Shown one piece after another: positions 1-7,789 of a stretch of 18,135 nt of DNA. The DNA is from Nitrososphaerota archaeon. GTDB lineage: Archaea > Thermoproteota > Nitrososphaeria_A > Caldarchaeales > Caldarchaeaceae. The notes beneath the pieces are model-generated. The model was not told the DNA's origin. It searched no databases and saw only the letters and a program-made list of their open reading frames with translations. Position 1 is the first letter of the stretch, and each line of letters begins with the position of its first letter. Made by a program: the position numbers and the translations under genes. Location of the stretch: positions 1 to 18,135 of the forward strand of contig JAWAEB010000029.1 of the NCBI GenBank assembly GCA_038891515.1, read 5' to 3'.

Positions 1-227
1 GCAACAAACCTAAACAACTGGGCTGGCCTAACGTATACTCTATCAACCATAAGCTAGAGCTACGCTAGGCTGGCCAAAAACATTATGAATCAAGCTTTTA
101 GAAGATAGTTTTCGGGATTCTTCTGTTTTCTATGTATTGTGAATTTTATTGGCTTGTAGAACTTTGCCCTAATGTGTGCCCTGATGTAATTAGGCAGGTT
201 TTAGAATTACGAAGCAGTTCAGCCCTT

Positions 228-518
228 TCAGGGTTTAAATGGTTTGTATGATTTTAGATCTGTTAGTAATATTTTGCCTTTGTTGTTTAATGCTATGACT
301 GGTCGGGACATGCTCTTGTCTGCAAGCTCTATAAGGGGAGCTACTTCACCACGGCTCACATGCTTCCTATTCTTACACTCAACCAAGATGGCTACACCTT
401 TCTTCAGACATACTAGGTCTACTGGCTTTGATGCGGCGGCCCTTATGACAATCCAGCCCCTCCTCCTAAACAGGTCCCTCACCCTATACTCGAACCTCCT
501 ACCCTTCCGATAGCTCAC
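228..518 (-). CDS. hjc: Hjc-like archaeal Holliday junction resolvase
   Basis: 96 aa; N-terminal GRRFEYRV, then PVDLV...ILVECKN matches the E...D...ExK nuclease core of Hjc-family resolvases; size and order fit. Confidence 0.85.
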   Translation of the reverse strand: MSYRKGRRFEYRVRDLFRRRGWIVIRAAASKPVDLVCLKKGVAILVECKNRKHVSRGEVAPLIELADKSMSRPVIALNNKGKILLTDLKSYKPFKP

Positions 519-561
519 GAAAGTTAATTGGCAAGTGATTGTATTAAAGGCTTCAGCAAGA

Positions 562-2904
562 TTAGCTTATTATGTCATGTACTGAAACATATGTCACACC
601 GCCGATCTTTGTAATGGTTGTCATGGCCTTGAACACTTTTCCCTTTTTTATGTTGTCTCTTGGGCCGTTGTATCTTGACGGCTCCAGCCTTGCCCTGAAC
701 TTTTCATCCACCAACACAATGGCGAATCCCGGGTATATCTTTTCAATCGTTATCGTATGAATCTTCCCATGTGGTTGTTTCGACATGCTTCTCACCACTG
801 CTTTAGCCACTATCCTACCGCCGATACGTGTTACCAACCCGTCTCTGTAGAGGTGTTTTATTGCAGCTCTAATTGTGTCCGGTTTCTGGTCTGGATCCTC
901 CAGTATCTCCGCCTCAGATAGTCCTTTCAACCCCTGTTTGAGAAGCTTCTTATACAGGTATTTTGCGTAGTAGTATACTTCTCTGCTGCTGGGCCCCATC
1001 CTTGGAGGCCTGACCTCCTGCGGTTCCTCTGCCGATAGCTCTTCTAAAGAAGTCTCCGGCGATGGCTCGGCTTCTTCACCCCTCTCAGGTATCTCTATGA
1101 TATCTCCCTTCTCCTCAGGAATTTTTATTATTTCTGGCTCTCTTCTCCACGGCCATGGTTCTCCTGGAGTCGGTTTAGGCCCCTTCCTTGATATGGTGAA
1201 CTCTTTCAGCTTCTCCGAAACTTTCTCAAGTATTGTGGACATCTTCCTAGCACGTTTATACCCCTCCCTGAAGTAATATTCATCAACTGTGTTTCGCGTC
1301 ACTAGGATTGTCACCTTTCCGGGTAGTATTCTGCCTGTCCTGCCCCTCCTCTGGATGTATCTTATGCCCGAGACAGCAGGCTCGTAGAAGATCACATAAC
1401 CACATTCTGGTATGTCTAAACCCTCTTCACCTATAGATGTGGCCACCAGTGTGGTTATGTCGCCGTCCCTGAATTTTTGGAGTATTTTTCTCTGCTCCTC
1501 CTGGGTCATCCTGGGCCCCCCCTTACCCTCAGCTTTTCCAACAAATAGTTCAGCGGATATGTCTGCTTGTTTAAGCCTTTCAACTATGATCTCTGCGGTA
1601 TGTCTTATGTTGGCGAAGACCATAACCCTGTCGGTTGGCTTCTGTGTTAAATGCTGTGAGACAAGTTCGACAAGTCTTTCAAGTTTTGGATGATCTTTCT
1701 CCACTCTGCCTGCCTCAGTTAAGAGATTTTGAAACTCGTATGTTCTTGAGAGCATTTTATGACTTTTAAGCTCTGACCTAGAAACCTCCTCAAGGTATTT
1801 TCTTAGTGAGCGTATGTGCTGACTCTCCACAAGCTCCATAGCATGGTATAGGCTGAGTATCTCTGAGCACAGGGCCATGTAGTGCATGTTAAGTCCTTTG
1901 ATGCCTGACTCTATCTCAGCCCTAAGCCTTGCCATGAACTGGACTATAGCCCTCCTGTTGACAGCTTCTAAAGGTGTTTTGAACAAACCTGATCCATACA
2001 GCTTTTTTACCCGTTCTTCAATCATCTTCTTTACCTTCTGCCTCACATTCTCATACTCCTCTGGAAGGGCGACCCTCTCCCATGAAATGGAAATGCCCGG
2101 TATATGCCCCGCAACATCTTCATCGTCCTCACCCCTCCAAACTATTTTCTCAATCATAAGGTTTCTGCATACCTCCATTACTTTTTCCTCTTCGCTTCCG
2201 GGGCTTGCTGTTAGGGCAAGTATTAGAGGCCATGGACACCTCCTGACATATTCTGAAGCAATCTTGGTGTACGCGTATCTGCTCCTGCTTCTATGACATT
2301 CATCGAAGACGAGTAGTGAATATTCCTCAAGCCTTACAAGACCCCTCCTGATATCGTTCCAAACTGTCTGGGGTGTTGCGAAGAATATTTTTACTCCGCT
2401 GCTCCACAACCTCCCCCTCCCAGATGTTTCACCTGTTACTACCGCTGTCGTATCCCCTGTGCCGATGATTAGATGTTTTAGAAAGCTTTCCCTATGTTGT
2501 AGTGTCAACGGTTTTGTGGGAGCCATGACAAGTATCTTCGAGCCAGGATGTCGGTGAAGTAGCTCGGCAGCAACAAGTTCAGCTATCACCGTTTTTCCCA
2601 AAGCTGTCGGCAGGACGACAAGCGTATTGCCTTCCAAAGCCTCTTCAACCAAAACCCTCTGGTAGGCTCTGTCCTCAACAACTCCCTCCCTGACCATTGG
2701 ATGTTCGACATATTTCTTAGGGGTTGTCTGTTGTAGGTTCGGTGTTATTAGCCCTTCTGAGAGCTTGACTGCGTATATATGTTTGCACTCCTTTCTCCTA
2801 AACATGTAGTCGGGACATGTGCATGTAAACCCTGCTCCAGTAAATGTTACTGTGTATCTTACTGAAGGCTCTCTCTGGCTTGGAACTGTCCAAGTAACAG
2901 GCAT
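562..2904 (-). CDS. SWIM zinc finger plus Hef/FANCM-like SF2 helicase, no ERCC4 nuclease domain seen
   Basis: 780 aa; N-terminal SWIM pattern CTCPDYMFRRKECKH; Walker A-like LPTALGKT; DECH box (LLVFDECHRSR); motif VI YIQRRGRTGR; coiled insert as in Hef; C-terminal KIYPGFAIVLVDEKFRARL resembles a small beta domain. Confidence 0.85.
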   Translation of the reverse strand: MPVTWTVPSQREPSVRYTVTFTGAGFTCTCPDYMFRRKECKHIYAVKLSEGLITPNLQQTTPKKYVEHPMVREGVVEDRAYQRVLVEEALEGNTLVVLPTALGKTVIAELVAAELLHRHPGSKILVMAPTKPLTLQHRESFLKHLIIGTGDTTAVVTGETSGRGRLWSSGVKIFFATPQTVWNDIRRGLVRLEEYSLLVFDECHRSRSRYAYTKIASEYVRRCPWPLILALTASPGSEEEKVMEVCRNLMIEKIVWRGEDDEDVAGHIPGISISWERVALPEEYENVRQKVKKMIEERVKKLYGSGLFKTPLEAVNRRAIVQFMARLRAEIESGIKGLNMHYMALCSEILSLYHAMELVESQHIRSLRKYLEEVSRSELKSHKMLSRTYEFQNLLTEAGRVEKDHPKLERLVELVSQHLTQKPTDRVMVFANIRHTAEIIVERLKQADISAELFVGKAEGKGGPRMTQEEQRKILQKFRDGDITTLVATSIGEEGLDIPECGYVIFYEPAVSGIRYIQRRGRTGRILPGKVTILVTRNTVDEYYFREGYKRARKMSTILEKVSEKLKEFTISRKGPKPTPGEPWPWRREPEIIKIPEEKGDIIEIPERGEEAEPSPETSLEELSAEEPQEVRPPRMGPSSREVYYYAKYLYKKLLKQGLKGLSEAEILEDPDQKPDTIRAAIKHLYRDGLVTRIGGRIVAKAVVRSMSKQPHGKIHTITIEKIYPGFAIVLVDEKFRARLEPSRYNGPRDNIKKGKVFKAMTTITKIGGVTYVSVHDIIS

Positions 2905-2906
2905 GC

Positions 2907-3095
2907 CTATATCTCTATCGTCTCCTTACTACTTGTCCTACTATCCCTCTTAGGGTTAACCTTCTCAGGCAATTTCATCAGCGTATCTAGTTTATCGTCG
3001 TTTATTATCTTCCTAAAATCCTCCAAATCTACATACCCTCTCAATACAAGTCTTCTCCTCTTCTCTGTCTGTCGAGAAGGATCTACATGGCTCAT
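2907..3095 (-). CDS. hypothetical protein, possibly the 3' part of a frameshifted gene with 3013..3222
   Basis: 62 aa ORF upstream of the helicase; LVLRGYVDLEDFRKIINDDKLDTLMKLPEK looks protein-like. Confidence 0.35.
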   Translation of the reverse strand: MSHVDPSRQTEKRRRLVLRGYVDLEDFRKIINDDKLDTLMKLPEKVNPKRDSRTSSKETIEI

Positions 3096-3222
3096 CTCCT
3101 ACCGTTATCCCCGCACCACCCGGAATCTTAACTAGGGAGACGCCCAGTACTGTGGCCCCCCTACTTTCCCAATTCTTGCCATCTCTCAGGAAGGCCTGAA
3201 GCCTGAAAACAACTGTTTCCAT
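3013..3222 (-). CDS. hypothetical protein
   Basis: 69 aa ORF overlapping the previous one; METVVFRLQAFLRDGKNWESRGATVLGVSLVKIPGGAGITVGDE is plausible coding sequence. Confidence 0.3.
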   Translation of the reverse strand: METVVFRLQAFLRDGKNWESRGATVLGVSLVKIPGGAGITVGDEPCRSFSTDREEEKTCIERVCRFGGF

Positions 3223-3391
3223 TTATCTGCCTCCTTATCTACATTATTGAAAGACGTTAATATGTTTTACCGACTAGGGCCGCAATGTTCAGCCATCAAA
3301 TGATCGGGACGCGTCTTAGCAAGCCCGGAATATGCCTTATGTATGTGGGTCTACTGCCAGAGCTCAGAAAGTCTTTCCACAGAGCCGCCCC

Positions 3392-3775
3392 TCATTTTCC
3401 AAGATCAAGGCTCTTCCCTTGTTTTGAGTATGAAGTGTAGGTATGTTCAGTCTTGTTATGATAGGGGAGATGGATATTGTAGCAGATGTCGTGGAACACA
3501 TAGAAACATGGATAGATACCCCAGAATTCAGGGCAAAATTTAGTTAAAACCAAGGAAAAATGTGGGGAGAGGCTTATGAGGTCGGCCATGATGTGGTTCC
3601 GGCATATTATCGTGACGTTTCTCACACCCTCCATACGGGATGCAAGGCCCTTCACCGCCTCAGCGTATGATAGTGCTGTGGGTGCGTAGGGGTCGCGTGG
3701 TGTTATCGTGAGCAGTATGTCACCCTCCCCCCGCTCCTCCATAGCCACGTCAATTGCCCATCCCTTGTACTGCAA
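3392..3775 (-). CDS. DUF59/MIP18-like (FSCA fold) protein, apparently a truncated and diverged paralogue of 11720..12010
   Basis: AIDVAMEERGEGDILLTITPRDPYAPTALSYAEAVKGLASRMEGVRNVTIICRNHIMADLI matches the 11720..12010 protein closely, but lacks its N-terminal DPxxG helix and has an unrelated C-terminal tail; TTG start. Confidence 0.5.
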   Translation of the reverse strand: MQYKGWAIDVAMEERGEGDILLTITPRDPYAPTALSYAEAVKGLASRMEGVRNVTIICRNHIMADLISLSPHFSLVLTKFCPEFWGIYPCFYVFHDICYNIHLPYHNKTEHTYTSYSKQGKSLDLGK

Positions 3776-3807
3776 GGCTTAAATGTCCTCATGGGGCGGT
3801 ATGGGTT

Positions 3808-5118
3808 ATGAACACGGATGAGGTTCTGGCTCTTCGGGACAGGTATATGGTGAGGGCTTTGGTCCCGAGGGAGCCTATAGTGGTAAAGAGAGCCTATGGA
3901 TTCTATGTGGAGGATCTTGAGGGAAACACCTACATTGACCTGTTCTCCGGCATAAGCACCAACAACTTGGGCCACTGCCATCCGGAGGTTGTCAAAGCCA
4001 TTGTGGAGCAGTCAGGCAGATTCATGCATGTCTCGGGATACTATAATCACAGCCTCGAGGTGGAGCTGGCTAGGACGTTGATAGAGCTTGCTCCCAAGAG
4101 TCTGGCCAAAGTCTTTTTCTGTAACAGCGGAACAGAAGCGGTGGACGGTGCTGTGAAGCTGGCCAAGAAACTGGCTTTCCATGAGGGGAGGCAGGGATCA
4201 AGCGTCATAGCTTTGCAGGGCTCTTTCCACGGGCGACTCTCCCTAACACTAGCCCTCACGGGTCAGAGGAAATACAAGGCTAAGCTGGGCAACTACGCCA
4301 ACTATCCGGGAGTCATCCACGCTCCATGTCCATACCACTACAGGCTTGGAGGTGACATGGCTCCAGACGAGTTTGGGAAGAGATGTGCCGACCAGGTGGG
4401 CGAGCTGATAGACTACTACGTAGCCGGTGACGTAGCTGCTGTTGTTGTGGAGCCCATCCTCGGAGAAGGAGGCATAATCGTCCCACCCGACACATACCTG
4501 CCTAGGCTTGAAAAAATATGCCGGGAGCAGGGTGTGCCTCTCCTCGTGGACGAGGTCCAGACAGGATTTGGAAGGACCGGCCGAATATTTGCCTGTGAGC
4601 ACTGGGGCCTCCAGCCAGAGGCTATGGCAATGGCCAAGGCCCTAGGGGCTGGTCTTCCTCTAGGTGCGATTGCTGTCTCTGAAAGGGTAGACGCTGGACT
4701 GGAGCCGGGCGACCACTTCAACACATTCATGGGGAACCCGGTGTCATGTGCTGCGAGCTTGGCTGGCCTGAACGTGCTCAAAAGGGAGAGGCTGCATGAG
4801 AATGCGGCGAAGCATGGCGAGATCATCATGAGGGTTGTGGGTGAGGCGATGGATGAGATACCGTTCATCGGTGAGGTAAGGGGCCGTGGCCTGATGATAG
4901 GTGTGGAGCTGGTGGAGGACCAGAGGACTAAAAAACCTCATCCACAGCTGGCCGACAAGACGAGAGCAGAGATGAGGAGAAGAGGCTACCTAGTAGGAGT
5001 TGGCGGCCTATACAAAAACGTTCTCCGAATACAGCCACCACTAATTATAAACCGTGAGACAGCCGAGAATTCAGCCCAAGCCCTAGTATCGTCCATCAAG
5101 GAATCAGCCAAAAGTTAA
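3808..5118 (+). CDS. class III pyridoxal-phosphate aminotransferase (GABA/acetylornithine/AGXT2-like)
   Basis: NSGTEAVDGAVKLAKK, VVEPILGEGGIIVPP, LVDEVQTGFGRTG, AMAKALGAGLPLGAI and MGNPVSCAASLAGL motifs. Start moved from 3754 to the ATG at 3808. Confidence 0.9.
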   Translation: MNTDEVLALRDRYMVRALVPREPIVVKRAYGFYVEDLEGNTYIDLFSGISTNNLGHCHPEVVKAIVEQSGRFMHVSGYYNHSLEVELARTLIELAPKSLAKVFFCNSGTEAVDGAVKLAKKLAFHEGRQGSSVIALQGSFHGRLSLTLALTGQRKYKAKLGNYANYPGVIHAPCPYHYRLGGDMAPDEFGKRCADQVGELIDYYVAGDVAAVVVEPILGEGGIIVPPDTYLPRLEKICREQGVPLLVDEVQTGFGRTGRIFACEHWGLQPEAMAMAKALGAGLPLGAIAVSERVDAGLEPGDHFNTFMGNPVSCAASLAGLNVLKRERLHENAAKHGEIIMRVVGEAMDEIPFIGEVRGRGLMIGVELVEDQRTKKPHPQLADKTRAEMRRRGYLVGVGGLYKNVLRIQPPLIINRETAENSAQALVSSIKESAKS

Positions 5119-5226
5119 CGTTGAAGGATGGTGTAACTAAGAACTCAGTATGCCGTGTAGAACCTATAAACTTTCTCTCCCCCAATTCTTGAAATACGTT
5201 TTATCATACCTCGCCATACTATAGAC

Positions 5227-5977
5227 ATGGTTTCCCGCCGCAGCTTTCTGAGGAGCGGAAGCCTAATCTTCGCCCTTGTAACCTCTGCCATAATAGGCTT
5301 AGTTGTATTGACAAGCCTTGTATTTTGGGAGAGAAGAGAGGTGAGTGGCAGAAGACCTGAGGCTGGGCGGATGATATCCTTACCTAGACCGAGGACTGAA
5401 GGGCCGATGTCAGTTGAGCAGGCCCTACAACGCCGAAGGTCAAGGAGAAATTACCGAAATGAGCCTCTCAAGTTGGAGCATGTTTCGCAGCTTCTCTGGG
5501 CTGCTCAAGCGGTTACGGCGCCCCATCTATGGACTGGACTGAGGACAGCTCCTCCGCCGGCGGACTCTACCCGCTCGAGACGTATATAGTCGTGAGAGAG
5601 AACGGTGTTGAAGAGTTGGAGGCCGGCGTCTATCACTACAATCCCCACAAACACGAACTCTCAGCTGTCGTAAAAGGTGACTATAGTAGAGACTTGATGT
5701 CAGCATGTGTGGACCAGGAATGGGTTGGTCAGCGGCTTTTAACATAGTGTTCACGGCCGTGGTTGAGAGGACGAGCGTTAAGTATGGCGGCAGGGCCCTC
5801 CAATACATCTTCCAAGAGTCGGGCCATGCGGCGCAGAACATATACCTACAGGCAGAGGCCCTGGGCTTGGGATGTGTGGTTATTGGGGCCTTCTACGAGG
5901 ATGAGATACGCCTTATTCTTGGGATAAATGAGGCCGAGCTTCCTGTATACGTGATGCCGGTTGGCCGGCCCGCTTAG
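5227..5977 (+). pseudogene. Tat-signal-bearing SagB/nitroreductase-family flavoprotein, interrupted by two apparent -1 frameshifts
   Basis: Frame 1 gives SRRSFLRSG plus a hydrophobic segment and RRSRRNYRNEPLKLEHVSQLLWAAQ...GLRTAP. Frame 3 gives SAGGLYPLETYIVV...VDQEWVGQ. Frame 2 gives AAFNIVFTAVVERTSVKYGGRALQYIFQESGHAAQNIYLQAEALGLGCVVIGAFYEDEI. Together these form a continuous SagB-type nitroreductase. Confidence 0.8.
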
Positions 5978-6539
5978 CCAGCTGAACATTTACCGAGCTG
6001 TCTTAGTGTTGCTTGTCAGCGTGATAGCTTATTTTATGGCGGTGGGCGTGGGGCCCCTCACTGAAGGGCACGTGGGCGGCCTGATGTCTATGGACCTCAA
6101 AGGAGATGGCTGGCTTGGTTATAGACTAGGGTATGCGGAGGCCGTGCTGCTCTTGGCCGCTCAGGTATATCTGTTCAGGCCAGGGTTCATCTCCAAGCCC
6201 GCCTGGCTGGACATCCACTGCCAGCTCACCACGGTGGGAGGAGTATTGATTCAGGTCCATGCAGGGTTCCCCTATTCGTTCGGCTACTGGACGCTCCCAC
6301 GCATGTATCCGGAGCTGGGAGTCTTTGGCTTAGTGGGCCTTCAGGGTGTGGCATCGTGGCTGGTCCTAGCATTGATAGCCAGCGGGTTCTTCGGAAGATA
6401 CATTTACCGTAAAGCAGCCCAAAGGAGCAGAGCCTTCAGATGGTGGCACAGCGCACACGCCATCACCTCAGGCCTACTCTACGTCACCGGGTTCATACAC
6501 CTTCTACTAGCCGTTCAGCTAAGATACCTCACGGCCTAG
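5961..6539 (+). CDS. multi-pass cytochrome b-like membrane protein with two HX13H histidine pairs
   Basis: 192 aa, several TM segments; IHCQLTTVGGVLIQVH and HAITSGLLYVTGFIH each give H-X13-H; TTG start at 5961 overlaps the nitroreductase end. Confidence 0.75.
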   Translation: MAGPLSQLNIYRAVLVLLVSVIAYFMAVGVGPLTEGHVGGLMSMDLKGDGWLGYRLGYAEAVLLLAAQVYLFRPGFISKPAWLDIHCQLTTVGGVLIQVHAGFPYSFGYWTLPRMYPELGVFGLVGLQGVASWLVLALIASGFFGRYIYRKAAQRSRAFRWWHSAHAITSGLLYVTGFIHLLLAVQLRYLTA

Positions 6540-6604
6540 ACATCAATAAAGGCTGAGAGGGACGGGCTCTCCCGAGAGTATGGGGTGTATAAAAAATTGG
6601 GAGT

Positions 6605-6778
6605 TTATGGCTTAATGGCTTTCTTCACTTTCTCAAGAACGTCGGGTGGAATTTTCTCTATCTTGTGTGCGTGTTTTGCGTGTGCGCTGAGAATGGTCAT
6701 CAGCTCATCCGTCGTGGAAGCGTTTTTCACTTCAAAGGAGCAGTTGGGCATCACATCCCGGCAATTAAAGCTCGGCAT
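6605..6778 (-). CDS. DUF1059-like small protein (57 aa), absent from the supplied ORF track
   Basis: Manual translation: MPSFNCRDVMPNCSFEVKNASTTDELMTILSAHAKHAHKIEKIPPDVLEKVKKAIKP*. FxCRDVGxxCxFxxxxxTxxExxxxxxxHAxxxHxxxxIPxxxxxxVxxxI is the recalled DUF1059 pattern. Confidence 0.8.
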   Translation of the reverse strand: MPSFNCRDVMPNCSFEVKNASTTDELMTILSAHAKHAHKIEKIPPDVLEKVKKAIKP

Positions 6779-6858
6779 AGTTTTCTATCTTTTTTGGCGA
6801 TAATAAACTTTTCCCCAAAAATTGAGCCGATTTTTCCGCCACCCCACAACCTCGTGCA

Positions 6859-7215
6859 TCAAAGCTTGACGTTACCTCCGCCCCAGCCCTGAGGCATGTC
6901 TATGATGAGGAAGAAGACATTATTCTCCACGGGAGATATAGTTACATCTGCCTCCCCATCTTCCACATAGTAGGCCACGAGTCTACCATACATCTCGGAT
7001 GTGAACCCAACCTTGACCTAGGTGACAGAAGGGCCTACACTCAGGATGTCGGTTATCTGTAGTAGCCCGTTTTCAGTGAGCTTGATTACCCGCTCCGAGG
7101 CGGCTATCTCCTGGCCGGCGACTATTGGATAGACTGTCAACAGGGCCGCAGCCAACAGTAGTATCCAGAGCCAAGTCCACCGGCAACCAGAATTAGGCGT
7201 TATTAACCTTAAACA
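6859..7215 (-). pseudogene. exported/anchored small protein with one in-frame TAG
   Basis: The frame reads ...WTWLWILLLAAALLTVYPIVAGQEIAASERVIKLTENGLLQITDILSVGPSVT*VKVGFTSEMYGRLVAYYVEDGEADVTISPVENNVFFLIIDMPQGWGGGNVKL*. Signal-like N-terminus, no clear start codon, TAG at 7018..7020. Confidence 0.5.
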
Positions 7216-7243
7216 TCATATACCGCTGAACAACAATGAGAGG

Positions 7244-7278
7244 GGGCCCGTGGCCTAGAATGGATAGGGCGTCGGCCT
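7244..7278 (+). tRNA. partial tRNA: 5' half of a tRNA-Arg-like gene, ending in the anticodon loop
   Basis: GGGCCCG TG GCCT AGAATGGATA GGGC G TCGGC CT: acceptor 5' strand, complete D arm with consensus AGxxTGGxTA loop, anticodon 5' stem, C32 and T33. The 3' stem does not follow and no 3' half was found in the window. Confidence 0.65.
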
Positions 7279-7765
7279 ATTGTGGTTTAGAGTGTTGTTT
7301 GTCCTTCTTTTTTCTTGGGTTTTTTCTTAAAACTCTGTTGCAGTATGAGCATTTATCCTTGTTTCTGAATGTTTGCTGACATACGCTACAAAAGCATTCT
7401 CCCCTATCATATCTTGGATGCCTGCCTGAAGGAGTATAAAGAGGCTCTTCATGGTCTTTATAGCTGAAGTGAGGCATCCCGTTCTCAGCCCATAGGGTTA
7501 TCCTAACCTGTCTCTCGTCATGGGACTCTATGTGGAAGAGGTTTTTGTAGGCTGACGGTATTCTAAGCCTGAAGCCTGCTGTAACATCATACCTTCCCTG
7601 AAACATGTCTTTCTTAACGCAGGCTGTATAATCTCCTTTATCTGGTATGTTTAGTGCTTGCGATACCGTTTTAGGCAGTTTAAGCTTCATGCTTCCACCG
7701 TTCTCGTATATTATTCTTGCGACGCATTCAAAAGCGTTAGGAAGGAAGATTTGCTGGTGAGCCAT
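7277..7765 (-). CDS. hypothetical protein with C-terminal zinc-binding motif
   Basis: 162 aa; C-terminal CFCSVCQQTFRNKDKCSYCNRVLRK has two CxxC knuckles and a Lys-rich tail. Confidence 0.6.
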   Translation of the reverse strand: MAHQQIFLPNAFECVARIIYENGGSMKLKLPKTVSQALNIPDKGDYTACVKKDMFQGRYDVTAGFRLRIPSAYKNLFHIESHDERQVRITLWAENGMPHFSYKDHEEPLYTPSGRHPRYDRGECFCSVCQQTFRNKDKCSYCNRVLRKNPRKKKDKQHSKPQ

Positions 7766-7789
7766 TCAACTCAACAGCATCCAGCCACG

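Noticed and set aside
6585-6892. Plus ORFs 6585..6803 and 6665..6892
   Set aside because: Antisense to the DUF1059-like minus gene, and no protein features of their own.
7304-7330. T-runs downstream of the tRNA 5' half as a dedicated terminator for a split-tRNA transcript
   Set aside because: They are the reverse complement of Lys codons at the end of ORF 7277..7765, so they are not independent evidence.
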